The position numbers and the translations under genes are program-made. The notes beneath the pieces are model-generated. The model did no database searches. It was not told where the DNA came from and saw only the letters and a list, made by a program, of their open reading frames with translations. This document shows, piece by piece, positions 9,701 to 19,259 of a stretch of 64,000 nucleotides of DNA (its first letter is position 1; every line of letters starts with the position of its first letter). The DNA is taken from positions 1 through 64,000 of IMG/VR virus record IMGVR_UViG_3300037258_000046. One strand, written 5' to 3'. Origin of the DNA: a virus.

Positions 9701-9992
9701 GCCACCACCACCCCCTCGGAGAGATCCGAGCGCGCGTGCGGCGTCGCATCACGCGCTCCCGTTGCCAGTCAATCCCAGCTACCAGCCCAGCGAACCACGT
9801 GATGCGCGCCGTCATCTCCGCGTCCTGCCCCTCCTCAAGCGCCTTGCGCACGCCACGGATCACCGCGCCCGCGCTCGCGACCACCTCGTCATAGTCGAGC
9901 CCTCGCGCTTCGAGCAGCTCGCGGAACTCCTCCGCCGTCGGCGTGTACGCGCTCTCGTGGATGCCGCGCGCCACATGCTCGTCGAAGGTCAT
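9693..9992 (-). CDS. hypothetical protein
   Basis: ATGA overlap; GGAGG upstream. Confidence 0.6.
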   Translation of the reverse strand: MTFDEHVARGIHESAYTPTAEEFRELLEARGLDYDEVVASAGAVIRGVRKALEEGQDAEMTARITWFAGLVAGIDWQRERVMRRRTRARISPRGWWWRG

Positions 9993-10198
9993 TGAATAGA
10001 CCTCCACGGGATCGCGGGCCCAACCTCGACGATCGACGGCAGCTCCACGCGCACGACCTCGTGCTGCGTGAACTCGAACTCGCGATCGAAGATCACCACG
10101 CGCTCACCGACCTCGGGCATCGCCTCCTCCCACCGGCCGAACACAGCCCCGGCAGGAGCGATCGCCTCGCACAGCAGCGCCGACTGCACCGCCTTCAT
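9989..10198 (-). CDS. hypothetical protein
   Basis: ATGA-coupled ORF. Confidence 0.55.
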   Translation of the reverse strand: MKAVQSALLCEAIAPAGAVFGRWEEAMPEVGERVVIFDREFEFTQHEVVRVELPSIVEVGPAIPWRSIQ

Positions 10199-10413
10199 CG
10201 CTCGTAGATCCCGTCAGCGCGCAACCGCTCGCGATGCGGATGCTTCACCACGCTCTGCGACGGCGTGCCGTCGCGACGCACCTTCCGGCAGCGCTCACCG
10301 GCTGCCGCCTGACGCCGCGGGCACGCCACGCGCTCGTGGACCGTCTCCTGCCGCTCTACCAGCTCGCGCGCTACCCGCTCAAGCTGCTCGCCGAAGTCGT
10401 CGAGCGCACTCAC
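10195..10413 (-). CDS. small zinc-finger-like protein (CPxxxAAAGERC...HxER)
   Basis: Resembles the CPxCxAxxGxxC...HxxR phage zinc finger, with the second Cys missing. Confidence 0.55.
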   Translation of the reverse strand: MSALDDFGEQLERVARELVERQETVHERVACPRRQAAAGERCRKVRRDGTPSQSVVKHPHRERLRADGIYER

Positions 10414-10943
10414 GCCCGCGCGCGGTCAGCCGCCGCGTCCACCGACGCCATGCCAGCACCCGCGCGCATCGTCCCGTTCGCGATCGCCTCGCCGTCGCTG
10501 TCGAGCCCCATCGCGCCCAACGTCTCGCGCGCCAGCACCGCGACCGCCAGCGTGCGCGCCAGCTCGTCGAGTTCCTGCGCCGCCAGCTCCATCCGACCGG
10601 CATGCGTCGCCGCCATCGCCGCGACCATCTCCTGCGCCGTCGCCGGATTCGCGAGCATCAGCAGGAACCCGACCCAACCGTCGCGCATCATGTCCGGCAC
10701 AACGCGCTGCACCGACCGCGCGTCAGCCTCCAGCACCTCACGGCCGACACGCTTCGGGCCCGCAAGCCCGTCGTCGCCGATGATGCCGTCAGCCACCCCG
10801 AGCACCATCACCGCGCCGCGGCCCTGCTCGACCGGCGTCGAACGCTCCACATGCCACGTCTTGCGCTCGATCGACAGGTCCCCCGGAACGATCAGCTCCT
10901 CCGTCCCGTCCAGGTACGTCACGCGAAACATCTGACTAGCCAT
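10410..10943 (-). CDS. hypothetical protein
   Basis: ATG 10943 after a GCAACCCG leader and GAGGAGG. Confidence 0.7.
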   Translation of the reverse strand: MASQMFRVTYLDGTEELIVPGDLSIERKTWHVERSTPVEQGRGAVMVLGVADGIIGDDGLAGPKRVGREVLEADARSVQRVVPDMMRDGWVGFLLMLANPATAQEMVAAMAATHAGRMELAAQELDELARTLAVAVLARETLGAMGLDSDGEAIANGTMRAGAGMASVDAAADRARA

Positions 10944-10986
10944 CGCTGCCTCCTCTAGGTCGCGGGTTGCGCGGCGCAGCGTAGCA
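10944..10986 (-). promoter_or_regulatory. early-type promoter/leader TGC-TACGCT-N7-GCAACCCG-SD
   Basis: -10 10978-83, box 10963-70. Confidence 0.7.
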
Positions 10987-11730
10987 CTACACGCCGCTGA
11001 GCGCTCGCAGCGCAACCGCGCCGTCGCCGCGCAGCTCGACGTGGCGTCCCGGCCCGAGCAGCGTCGCCACAACGTCCGCGACGTCCTCGCGGTCAGCCTC
11101 AAGCTGCGTCGCCAGCTCAGCCTCCGTCATCGGCCCGCCACGGATCGCCGCGAGGATCTCGCCCTCCAGCCGCCGCAACCGTGCGGCGCGCTGATTGCCC
11201 ATCCCGCCGTTCGTCACACCGTTGCGCTCACGCTCGATCCGGTCCCGATCAGCCGTGATCCAATACCGGGTCGCAGCGGTCTTGCCCTCCGTCGTCACGA
11301 CCGACCTGTCGCGAAGCTCCTGGAGCGCCTTCGTCAGCCCACCCGAGCCCATCAGCTCACCCGCGTGCTCAAGCAGCGTCCGGAAGCTCGCGGGCTGATG
11401 CTCACGCACGAGCTGCTCGACCTTGTCGCGGCGCTCCTGCGTCAGCGCGTCCTGCTCGTCCGTCGACAGCGGCGAGCGCCTGCGCGTCACCGTCGAGCGC
11501 AACGGCGGCAACGCGAGCCCTGTCCCGCGCGTAGCCGTGTCCTGCGACGACGGCGCCGCATCCGACTGCACGTCATGCCGTGCCGCGGGCGCCGGAGCGG
11601 GTGACAGCACCTCGTACGCCGCGCGCAGCTTCTCCAGATGCCCGTCGAGCGCTTGCACCCGCTCGATCGCCAGCTCGCGCTTCTCTTCCGTCTCGGCGAT
11701 CTCCGCCGCCAAAGCCTCCACCGCGCCCAT
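10987..11730 (-). CDS. coiled-coil plus tandem winged-HTH protein
   Basis: N-terminal coiled coil; C-terminal GPMTEAELATQLEADREDV wHTH-like segment. Confidence 0.6.
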   Translation of the reverse strand: MGAVEALAAEIAETEEKRELAIERVQALDGHLEKLRAAYEVLSPAPAPAARHDVQSDAAPSSQDTATRGTGLALPPLRSTVTRRRSPLSTDEQDALTQERRDKVEQLVREHQPASFRTLLEHAGELMGSGGLTKALQELRDRSVVTTEGKTAATRYWITADRDRIERERNGVTNGGMGNQRAARLRRLEGEILAAIRGGPMTEAELATQLEADREDVADVVATLLGPGRHVELRGDGAVALRALSGV

Positions 11731-11774
11731 CGACCCGCCTCCTCGTCCACCGTCGGATTGCGCGACGCAACGTA

Positions 11775-12059
11775 TCAGCGCACAACGACAGTGCGCTTGC
11801 GCTCCGCGCCACACCGACGGCACTTGTCCAGCTCCACGAAGTAGCCCGGATGCGGACGCCGCATCAGCGCCACGATCCGCCAGTCATGGAACCCCGGCGG
11901 GCACTCCGGCGACGTCGCATTGAGCAGCGCGCTCACCCCCGCACCCGCGACAGCGACAGCGACAGCGAAGATCACGGCCTCGTTGTTCCACGTCGCCGAC
12001 AGGATCAGCACCGCGACCATCGTCGCTGCCAGCACGATCAGGCCAGCCCACCCTCGCAT
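11775..12059 (-). CDS. 2-TM membrane protein with C-terminal Cys/His motif
   Basis: Two hydrophobic helices; CPPGFHDW...CRRC; TAGGCT -10 is 6 nt upstream. Confidence 0.55.
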   Translation of the reverse strand: MRGWAGLIVLAATMVAVLILSATWNNEAVIFAVAVAVAGAGVSALLNATSPECPPGFHDWRIVALMRRPHPGYFVELDKCRRCGAERKRTVVVR

Positions 12060-12164
12060 GCCGGGAGCCTACAACGCGCGAAGGCGCCTCTTGTCCAGAG
12101 ACGCCCTCGCTGACACCGGCTCCGCCGGGGTCGATCGCGCCACCATCGTGTCACGCGCCCCGGA

Positions 12165-12204
12165 CGCAAAGAGAGCCGCCCGCGTGCTCGCGCGGACGGC
12201 TCCC
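12165..12204 (-). terminator. intrinsic terminator after the collagen-like gene
   Basis: GGGAGCCGTCCGCG...CGCGGGCGGCTCTC followed by TTTG. Confidence 0.6.
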
Positions 12205-12230
12205 TGAGTGTCTGAGACGACGCCTACAGC

Positions 12231-13208
12231 TTAGCCGTCGATGTTGCCCGTGCCCCCGTTGGCACCGCTCGGCGTGTTGCTATCGACCCACGACTCGTTC
12301 GCGTTCGCGTTCGAGTGATAGACGAAATCGTAGTTGTCGAGCGCGTACGTCGAGCCCGGGAAGTACGCCGCCTCGAACGCCGCGTTGCCCGCCTCGGCGC
12401 TAGACCCGCTCGTCGTGTGAGCATCGCACGCCGAGCAGCTCGCGACCGGATCGAAGTCCGCAGACTCGCCAGCAGCAGGCGCCGGAACGACCCACGACTC
12501 CGTGCCGTAGAACGTGCCAGTCACTCCACCGACCTGCGGCGGCCCCGGGCACGTCCCGGGATTCGGCTCGTCCACCGACGCGATCGTCGTGAACGTGCCC
12601 GTGATCAGCTCCGACACGTCGTAGCTGCCGTCCGGCAACGGGTTGACCTGGAAGGTCCGGCTGTAGCTGTCGTTCGCCCACGCGTTGCCACAGTCGCCGC
12701 TATCCGGCCCCGAGTTGCTCGCGTAGGTGTAGGTGAACGCGCCGTTGCTTCCCGGCGTGCCAGCGGGCCCCTGCGGGCCCTCAGCGCCGTCCGAGCCGTT
12801 GAAGCCACGCGGACCCTGCTCGCCCTGAACGCCCTGCGGTCCCTGAGCGCCCTGCGCGCCGGTAGCGCCAGTGTCGCCCTTGATGCCGTTCGCGTCCACG
12901 CCAGCCACGCCCTGCGGGCCCTGCGGGCCCTGCGGCCCGACGGCGCCCTGCGGACCAGCCGGGCCCTGCGGCCCGGGAGCACCCGTCGCACCCGTCAGAC
13001 CTGTAGCGCCCGTGTCGCCCTTCGGGCCCTGAATGCCGACCGTGATCGCGTTGCCCTCGAACTTCTTGAGCACGCTCGGCGCGACCTGCGACGTCGACGT
13101 GATCAGGTAGTGGTGCTTCTTCTTGCCCGCGGCCAGCGCCGCGCCTGTACAACCGAACGCCACGACGGCCACAGCCGCCAGCAGCGTCAGGATCTTTGAA
13201 ACTCGCAT
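12231..13208 (-). CDS. exported collagen-like (Gly-X-Y) protein
   Basis: Signal peptide, ~30 GXY triplets, Cys-containing C-terminal domain. Confidence 0.85.
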   Translation of the reverse strand: MRVSKILTLLAAVAVVAFGCTGAALAAGKKKHHYLITSTSQVAPSVLKKFEGNAITVGIQGPKGDTGATGLTGATGAPGPQGPAGPQGAVGPQGPQGPQGVAGVDANGIKGDTGATGAQGAQGPQGVQGEQGPRGFNGSDGAEGPQGPAGTPGSNGAFTYTYASNSGPDSGDCGNAWANDSYSRTFQVNPLPDGSYDVSELITGTFTTIASVDEPNPGTCPGPPQVGGVTGTFYGTESWVVPAPAAGESADFDPVASCSACDAHTTSGSSAEAGNAAFEAAYFPGSTYALDNYDFVYHSNANANESWVDSNTPSGANGGTGNIDG

Positions 13209-13262
13209 CAGACCTGCTCCTTGTTCGGGTTGCCCTGCCTAGTAATGCGACACACTGTAGCA
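13209..13262 (-). promoter_or_regulatory. early-type promoter/leader (TGC-TACAGT; box 13226-33)
   Basis: -10 13254-59; box displaced by an extra 13 nt; AAGGAG SD. Confidence 0.65.
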
Positions 13263-13264
13263 GC

Positions 13265-13489
13265 TCAGTGCGTCACGTAGCGACTCGTTCCCGTCGACGA
13301 ATCCCACACCCGCCACGGCGGCCCGAAGCTCGACGGCGGCGTCGCCAGCGTGCGAGCGTACTCGACCTGGAGCTGACACCGCCGCGAGCAGAACTCGACG
13401 CCCACGAGCGCGTGAGCGCCTTTCCAGCGCGACCCGAGCGCCAGCACGTCGAACGTGCGACGGCAGCCCGGGTTCGCGCACGCGGCCAC
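13265..13489 (-). CDS. small zinc-finger protein (CANPGC...FCSRRC)
   Basis: Treble-clef-like Cys motif. Confidence 0.55.
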   Translation of the reverse strand: MAACANPGCRRTFDVLALGSRWKGAHALVGVEFCSRRCQLQVEYARTLATPPSSFGPPWRVWDSSTGTSRYVTH

Positions 13490-13491
13490 GA

Positions 13492-13779
13492 CTACAGCGC
13501 GCGAACCATCACGCGCAGCAGCAGCCACTCCCCGTCGACGAGCGCCTCCGCCACGTAGTCGCGCTTCTGCACCTCCAGCACGCGCATCGCCATCTCCGTG
13601 TTCTCGTAGTGGAGGTGATAGTCGAAGTCCTCGGGGATCCGCGCGCACATCTCCCACAGCCTGCCGATCTCGACGCCAAGCGTGAACTGCGGATCGTCGC
13701 TCTCGAACGGCAAGACCGGCACCTCGCCGTAGCTGCCGTGACCTTCCTGCTCCGTGAAGTCCTCGCCCTCGTCGCTCAC
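13492..13779 (-). CDS. hypothetical acidic protein
   Basis: GTGA overlap; FTLGVEIGRLW motif. Confidence 0.6.
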   Translation of the reverse strand: MSDEGEDFTEQEGHGSYGEVPVLPFESDDPQFTLGVEIGRLWEMCARIPEDFDYHLHYENTEMAMRVLEVQKRDYVAEALVDGEWLLLRVMVRAL

Positions 13780-14114
13780 GACTTCACCCGCTGCGCGAGC
13801 CACTCGCGCGCCGCCTTGTCCGCCTCGCGCTCGACCGTCGTCGTGTGCCGCCAGTGCTCGTGACCCTCCGCGCACAGATTGCAGTCCGTCAGCCTCGCGC
13901 CATACACGAGCAGCTTGCGCCCAGCGTTCTCGACCCACTCAGCCTTCCGTGCCTCCATGTCCGCGAGCAGCTCCGGCGTCGGCTCGACACCCGCCGGATC
14001 GAGCCACCCGAACGTGCCGCCGCAATCCAAGCAGTAGAACTCCGCGCCCGAGAACGCGAGCGTCATCACGACCGGCACCCGGCACTTCGGACACATCGCG
14101 ATCCTGCGGCTCAC
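13776..14114 (-). CDS. zinc-ribbon protein
   Basis: CPKC, CLDC, CNLC-H motifs. Confidence 0.65.
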   Translation of the reverse strand: MSRRIAMCPKCRVPVVMTLAFSGAEFYCLDCGGTFGWLDPAGVEPTPELLADMEARKAEWVENAGRKLLVYGARLTDCNLCAEGHEHWRHTTTVEREADKAAREWLAQRVKS

Positions 14115-14305
14115 TCCTCGACCTCCAGCGCCCTCGCGAACCCGAACGGCACGACACGCTTCCCGGCAGCCTTCGCGTCCTCAACGCGCTTGCGCTCAGC
14201 CTCCGTGGCCTTGGCGCTCGCGGGCTCCAGCACAGAGATCGACTGCACCGACGTCGGCGCCTTGAGCTTCCAGCGCCACATAGAACCGCCAGCGGGCCCG
14301 GGCAT
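14111..14305 (-). CDS. hypothetical protein
   Basis: TGATG-coupled. Confidence 0.45.
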   Translation of the reverse strand: MPGPAGGSMWRWKLKAPTSVQSISVLEPASAKATEAERKRVEDAKAAGKRVVPFGFARALEVEE

Positions 14306-14568
14306 CAGCGGATGCTCCACGTCAGCGGCTCGCCCAACCCACGCGGCCGCGTCGCCGTCACCGTGCGCCGGTAGCGCATGCGCTTCAGCGACAGCTCGAC
14401 GTCGTGCAAGCTCAGCCCAGCGATGCCCGGTGTCTGCTCCTCGTCGCGGGCGCGGAAGTAGCGCACGTGAAACGCCGTCACGCCATGCGTCCACGTCCGC
14501 CGCAGCAGCCACCGCAGCTCGGCGCGCACAGCGACGTCGATCGCGTCGCGCTCCGCCTTCGACGTCAT
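14305..14568 (-). CDS. hypothetical protein (possible wHTH)
   Basis: Coupled ORF. Confidence 0.5.
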   Translation of the reverse strand: MTSKAERDAIDVAVRAELRWLLRRTWTHGVTAFHVRYFRARDEEQTPGIAGLSLHDVELSLKRMRYRRTVTATRPRGLGEPLTWSIR

Positions 14569-15155
14569 CGCGCCTGATCCGCGTCGCGAGCAGCGATCAC
14601 GTCGCGGAAGTCCTCCGGCGCGCCGCCGTGATCGGGATGCGCGCGCTTGAGCGCCTCAGCGAGAGATCCCGCATCCTCGATCAGCTCGCGGCCGTGCGCG
14701 GCGTTGCCCTCACCCACAGCCGCTTCGAGCTGCTTCCACCCGGCATACTGCTCGCCGCGGCGCGTCACGCCGTACCTGTCGACCGCCCTGAGCGCCTCCA
14801 GCGCCAGCGCGACGCCTCGCACGTTGTCTCGCCAGTCGACGAACGTCGTGACCTCGTAGCGAAGCTGGGGATGCCCCACAACGCGCATCGCTTGGAAGCT
14901 CAGCACGATCCCCGCGCTGCGAGCGTTGCGAGCAGCTCGTGGCAGACCGTCTTGGCGCAGATCGCTCTCGCGGAAGTCCATCTCCAGCACCGCCGCGCGA
15001 GCGCCATGCAGATCCAGCTCGCGCGTCAGCAGCCGCACCGTCGAGCGCCAAGGCGCTTTGAACTGCGAGTGCATCGCGCCGTGCGCGAGCAGCGGACGCT
15101 CCAGCGGCCGGAACGTCACGAGCCTCGACAGCGCGAAGTAGTCCTCGCCGCTCAT
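14565..15155 (-). CDS. protein with C-terminal J-domain (DnaJ-like HPD) motif
   Basis: DWRDNVRGVALALEALRAVDRYGV...ALKRAHPDHGG. Confidence 0.75.
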   Translation of the reverse strand: MSGEDYFALSRLVTFRPLERPLLAHGAMHSQFKAPWRSTVRLLTRELDLHGARAAVLEMDFRESDLRQDGLPRAARNARSAGIVLSFQAMRVVGHPQLRYEVTTFVDWRDNVRGVALALEALRAVDRYGVTRRGEQYAGWKQLEAAVGEGNAAHGRELIEDAGSLAEALKRAHPDHGGAPEDFRDVIAARDADQAR

Positions 15156-15463
15156 GCTTGCTCCGCGCGCACGCGCTCGTCCTCCGAGCGCACGCGCTCG
15201 TTGCGCTTCGACGGCAGCTCGCGACCCTGCGCCCGAGCGCGAACGCCCATCACGCGCAGCATCCACGCGCAGCACTCCTCGCACAGATCGAGTGCCCACC
15301 GCTCGCTGCCGTGGCCGGGCCCGGGCGTGCGCACGAACTCGCCGAACGGCCAGCCCGTCGGCTTGAAGAGCGCGTCAGCGCCGCACACGTCGCAGCGCAG
15401 CTCGACGATCACGAGCGTCGACGTCGGCTTCATCAGCGTTCTGACTTCGCGCGTCGCGCTCAC
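15152..15463 (-). CDS. zinc-finger protein
   Basis: CDVC...DLCEEC. Confidence 0.55.
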   Translation of the reverse strand: MSATREVRTLMKPTSTLVIVELRCDVCGADALFKPTGWPFGEFVRTPGPGHGSERWALDLCEECCAWMLRVMGVRARAQGRELPSKRNERVRSEDERVRAEQA

Positions 15464-15939
15464 AGCCATCCCTGCCTTGCGGCCGAGCGCGTCAGCAGAT
15501 TCGCGAGCGCCTCCGGGATCTCGAAGCGCGTCGTGTTGATCGCGATTGACCGCAGCAGATCGCCGTCGTCGTGGCGCAGCGTTGCCGCCTTCCAGTCCGC
15601 GAGCATCTCGATCAGGTCGATCAGGTCCATCTCCTCGATGCCCGTCAGATGGTGCTCGGGATGGTGGCGATTGTGGGCGTAGTGGTGATCGAGCGCGTCC
15701 TGCATGTGCGCGAGCGCCTGCCGGTACTCCGGCGATCCGTACGTCAGCTTCCGCAGCTCCGGCGTGTACTGATCGAAGGCGCTCTTTTCGGGCTCCGCCA
15801 GCTTGCTCGCGTCGTGGTTCGCGGCGCGCTGTAGGAGCTGCTGCGCCATCTCGATCAGGAACGCCTGCACCACGGCGATGTGCTCCATCGTGTCGGCGCG
15901 CGAGTCGTAGTCGCTCTCGCGACGCTTCTCGACGGTCAT
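15460..15939 (-). CDS. HD-like metal-dependent hydrolase (DUF5662-like)
   Basis: HDASKL...HHYAHNRHHPEH...LIEMLADW. Confidence 0.8.
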   Translation of the reverse strand: MTVEKRRESDYDSRADTMEHIAVVQAFLIEMAQQLLQRAANHDASKLAEPEKSAFDQYTPELRKLTYGSPEYRQALAHMQDALDHHYAHNRHHPEHHLTGIEEMDLIDLIEMLADWKAATLRHDDGDLLRSIAINTTRFEIPEALANLLTRSAARQGWL

Positions 15940-16199
15940 ACCTTCACCGCTCGAAAGCTCTCGGCCATGTCCGCGCCGTCGTGGCGCTGCGCGTAGTCCG
16001 CTAGCTCCTCGGCCGCGTCGTTCCACATCTTCACCATCTCCTCGCGCCACGCGGGCTCGTCGGTCAGCAGCTCGTCTCGCATCGACATCGCCAGCTCGCG
16101 CGCGTCGTGGTTCCAAAGCCACGTCGTCGCCGTCACGTAACCGGACACCGTGCCGCGATGCGTTGCCTCCGCGATCTCCTGGAAAGGTGTCAGCGTCAC
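15936..16199 (-). CDS. hypothetical protein
   Basis: GTGA-coupled. Confidence 0.55.
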   Translation of the reverse strand: MTLTPFQEIAEATHRGTVSGYVTATTWLWNHDARELAMSMRDELLTDEPAWREEMVKMWNDAAEELADYAQRHDGADMAESFRAVKV

Positions 16200-16393
16200 A
16201 GCCCGTTCACCTCCACGCTGCCGTTCGACTGCGACCGCGGCACCACGACCACGCGCCACCCGTCAGCCGCGTAACCGCTCGCGCTCGCCTCGTTGCACAG
16301 CTCCTCGCGGCCATCCGGGAACGTCACGAGCCACAGCCCGTCCGTCGCCGTCGTGGCCGTGGAGCGCATGTAGAGCGTTCCCTTCGCGCTCAT
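16196..16393 (-). CDS. hypothetical protein
   Basis: ATGA-coupled. Confidence 0.5.
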   Translation of the reverse strand: MSAKGTLYMRSTATTATDGLWLVTFPDGREELCNEASASGYAADGWRVVVVPRSQSNGSVEVNGL

Positions 16394-16746
16394 GGCACCT
16401 TCACCTCCAAGATCGCCGTGATCGGCAGCCTGTCCACGAGCGCGTCGAGCACGATGCCGCGCGTATGCGCACGCTCGACCCTGCCGCGATCCAGCAGACG
16501 CACCCACCACGGAAGCTGAACCGTCACCGTGACTTTGTGCTCGCCTCCCAGCACACCCACACGGCAGCGCCCGACGATCGCTCGCACGATCAACCGCACA
16601 CCGCCAGCCGTCAGCGGCATGCCTTCGAGCGACAAGCTGTACGCCACGCGAGCGCGGAACTGCGGCATGCTCTCACCGGGCGCCGGAGTGAAGCCAAGAC
16701 GCCCAGCAGCATCGACGTCGAGCAGGTCTTCCTGAGCCGTGCTCAC
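16390..16746 (-). CDS. hypothetical protein
   Basis: GTGA-coupled. Confidence 0.5.
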   Translation of the reverse strand: MSTAQEDLLDVDAAGRLGFTPAPGESMPQFRARVAYSLSLEGMPLTAGGVRLIVRAIVGRCRVGVLGGEHKVTVTVQLPWWVRLLDRGRVERAHTRGIVLDALVDRLPITAILEVKVP

Positions 16747-16979
16747 GACCGACCCGACACCTTGTCGGCGATGATCGCCAGCGAGTCCGCGGCATGCACC
16801 GCGAGCGCGAAGCACGTGAGCGCGATGCACGCCGCCAGCTCCGCCGTGTCGTCGTCCGTGATCCCTTCGTCCTCGACGTCCTGCGCCACGATCGCGAGCG
16901 CCCGATCCACGCAGGCCACCGCATAGCGCGTCGGGTGAGCGCGAAACTCTCCCGCGCTCGGCAGATCACTCAGAGCCAC
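16743..16979 (-). CDS. hypothetical protein
   Basis: Coupled ORF. Confidence 0.5.
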   Translation of the reverse strand: MALSDLPSAGEFRAHPTRYAVACVDRALAIVAQDVEDEGITDDDTAELAACIALTCFALAVHAADSLAIIADKVSGRS

Positions 16980-17415
16980 CGTCGACCTCCTCCGGGTTCG
17001 GCGGATTGTCGGCGCTGATGCCCTCGCCGCCCTCAGTGCCCGATCCCGCCGTCGACGTCATCAGCTCCTCGCCCGCAGGAACGATCTCCACCTCGCCGTC
17101 GGCCTGCTCGTTCACGACCGACACGATCCCGCTCGCCGTGATCGCCTCGTACTCGACTCTTTCGCCGTGCGCCTGACGCACGCCTCGCACGACGATCGCC
17201 CACCGCGTCGTGTGCTGCCGCAGCCCTTGCGTCTTGAGTCGATCGAGCGGAAGCGGCTCCGGCCGGTACACGAGCAGCATCGCGCGCTCGTTGTTCTCGC
17301 CCGTCTCGACCGCCGCATGCCCGATCAGCTTGCACGGCCTGCCGAGCTGCTCCTGGAGCTGCCCCATCGCGCTCTCAGCGTCAGCCTTCAACGCTGCCGC
17401 CTGCTCCTTCGTCAT
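16966..17415 (-). CDS. hypothetical protein
   Basis: GAGGAGG RBS after a GCAACCCG leader. Confidence 0.7.
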   Translation of the reverse strand: MTKEQAAALKADAESAMGQLQEQLGRPCKLIGHAAVETGENNERAMLLVYRPEPLPLDRLKTQGLRQHTTRWAIVVRGVRQAHGERVEYEAITASGIVSVVNEQADGEVEIVPAGEELMTSTAGSGTEGGEGISADNPPNPEEVDGGSE

Positions 17416-17457
17416 CGCATCCTCCTCAGTCGTCGGGTTGCGCGGCAGACTGTAGCA
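17416..17457 (-). promoter_or_regulatory. early-type promoter/leader TGC-TACAGT-N7-GCAACCCG-SD
   Basis: -10 17449-54, box 17434-41. Confidence 0.75.
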
Positions 17458-17485
17458 CCCTGCCGAACGGAATAGCGACCGGAGG

Positions 17486-18058
17486 CTAGCGCGCTGCTCG
17501 GGCTGTACTGATCGACCGCACGTTGTCCGGCTGCTCCGGCAAATGCCGCCTCACGACGTCGTGGATCTTCGCCAACGTCTCCTCGCCCACGCCGTCCTTC
17601 TCCATCACGTCGAGCACCTCGCGCACGATCACGTTGAAGTCGGCCTCCGCACGCCAGCGCGTCAGATTGCGCGGCAGCTTCCCGATCGCCTGTAGCAGCG
17701 TCATGCGCTCAGCGTCGACCTCGCGCATCTCGCGCATCGCGCCGACCGCAGCCGACGGGTGCACATCGCGATTGGCCTGCCAGAACTCGTCCAGCTCCTC
17801 AAGCATCCGCTCGCGCAGCGCGATCGCGTCCTCGACCACCTCGTTCGGCACGACCGGCGCCGCGAGCTGCTCGCCGTCGCGCAGATAGCGCTGCGCCGTG
17901 TCCTCGCTGATGCCCAGCTCTTTCGCGATCTGCCGCCACGTCATCGGGCGCGAGCGGCCACGCGCATCGACGCGCGCGCGCATCTCCGCGATCTCGCGAG
18001 CGAGCTTCACGCGCCGGTAGAGAACTCCCCCCCGTGCCGCCGCAACCGTTGCGGCCAT
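17486..18058 (-). CDS. HTH DNA-binding protein, candidate terminase small subunit
   Basis: MTWRQIAKELGISEDTAQRYL HTH followed by helical region; TerS role is inference. Confidence 0.55.
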   Translation of the reverse strand: MAATVAAARGGVLYRRVKLAREIAEMRARVDARGRSRPMTWRQIAKELGISEDTAQRYLRDGEQLAAPVVPNEVVEDAIALRERMLEELDEFWQANRDVHPSAAVGAMREMREVDAERMTLLQAIGKLPRNLTRWRAEADFNVIVREVLDVMEKDGVGEETLAKIHDVVRRHLPEQPDNVRSISTARAAR

Positions 18059-18495
18059 CAGACGATCCCCTCGACCGGCCAGATGACGGAGCGGCCGAGC
18101 TGGACGCGCATAACGCCGACCGCCGATGCGAACCGCTCGAACGCGTCCTCGCCCAGCGCCTCGCGCAGGGATGCTCGCCGCGCGTCGATGTAGTCGTCGA
18201 GCGCGTCCGTCTGCTCGTCTAGCCAAGTCTCCAGGTCCCCGTCGATCGTGAACCACTCGTTATGCAGGCGGAGCGCGTCGAAGCGCGCGTGCAGCTCGCG
18301 CTCGCAGTGTCGTGGATCGTCGGCCGTGTAGAGCAGCGCGCGGAGCCTGAGGGGCACTGGCGAGTCCGCCTGAATCCCCGATGCTCGCCGCGTCAGCGCT
18401 AGGTGCGTCGGCGAGAAGACACAGCCGATCTTGACGCGCCCGAGCCCCTGAGCCTCAAGCGCGTAGACCTGGCCGACCGATGGCTCGAACTCCAT
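18058..18495 (-). CDS. GIY-YIG (T5orf172/MUG113-like) protein
   Basis: VYAL...RVKIG...R...Q...ERELHARFDALRLHNEWF. Confidence 0.8.
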   Translation of the reverse strand: MEFEPSVGQVYALEAQGLGRVKIGCVFSPTHLALTRRASGIQADSPVPLRLRALLYTADDPRHCERELHARFDALRLHNEWFTIDGDLETWLDEQTDALDDYIDARRASLREALGEDAFERFASAVGVMRVQLGRSVIWPVEGIV

Positions 18496-18681
18496 CGGCG
18501 TGATGCTACCCGTTGCGTGGTCGTCTGCGTCCGTGTTCGTCGTAGTCGCGATCGGAGTGTCTTCCGATGCTTTCTACGCGCTTTGTGCGTCGTGGTGGGG
18601 CGCCTGAGCCGTACTTTCGGCCCATCTCCGGGCCCTGTCGCTTCACCCGTGGCTGTCCCGGGCGTACGCGTTCGTCGTCGG

Positions 18682-19002
18682 TCACGTCAACGGCTGCATG
18701 TTGATCGGGTGGTTCGCGCCGACGTCGGCGGGCAGTAGCGGGCACTGTCGCGTGAGCCGTCCCGCGTCCGTCTTCCTGCCCGGGTCGACGTGGTAGGTAT
18801 GGCAGACCGGGCACCACTCCTTCTCGCCGACCGGGATCGCTACCGGCTCCTCGATCAGCCTGCGGGCGCGCGCGAGCAGCTCCGGCTGCTCCGCGAGCAT
18901 GCCGCCCACGAACCGCTCGGCCGCGTCGAACGCTGTCGGGTTGAGCACCGCGAGCGCGTACAGCGCGTACTCGATCTTCGTGCGCACCGTGTCGCCGGTC
19001 AT
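18682..19002 (-). CDS. hypothetical Cys/His protein
   Basis: WCPVCHTYH; coupled. Confidence 0.55.
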   Translation of the reverse strand: MTGDTVRTKIEYALYALAVLNPTAFDAAERFVGGMLAEQPELLARARRLIEEPVAIPVGEKEWCPVCHTYHVDPGRKTDAGRLTRQCPLLPADVGANHPINMQPLT

Positions 19003-19259
19003 GCCGTCTTCTCCGCCAGCGGCGTGTAGCGGCCGTTGTCGCCCATGACCTCGACCGACTCCAGATCGTGCGGGTAGATCGTCTTCCAGTGCGGGCCGCG
19101 CGCGCCGCCCGGGAAGCGCACGCGCGCTTGTTCTCCGAGCGTCGGATGCGTCTGTATGCCCATGACCGTGCCGACGATCCTACGGCCACGGAACGGCATC
19201 CGGACGCGCTCGCCGGGATGCTCGCGCGCCCACGCCACGAACTCCTCGTAGGTCATCAC
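18999..19259 (-). CDS. SH3/KOW-like small protein
   Basis: PGERVR...IVGTVMG...ARVRF. Confidence 0.55.
   Translation of the reverse strand: MMTYEEFVAWAREHPGERVRMPFRGRRIVGTVMGIQTHPTLGEQARVRFPGGARGPHWKTIYPHDLESVEVMGDNGRYTPLAEKTA

Noticed and set aside
18506-18685. Lower-GC stretch near the TerS candidate as a cos/pac site or ncRNA
   Set aside because: It can be read as a 59-aa GTGA-coupled ORF; no diagnostic repeats
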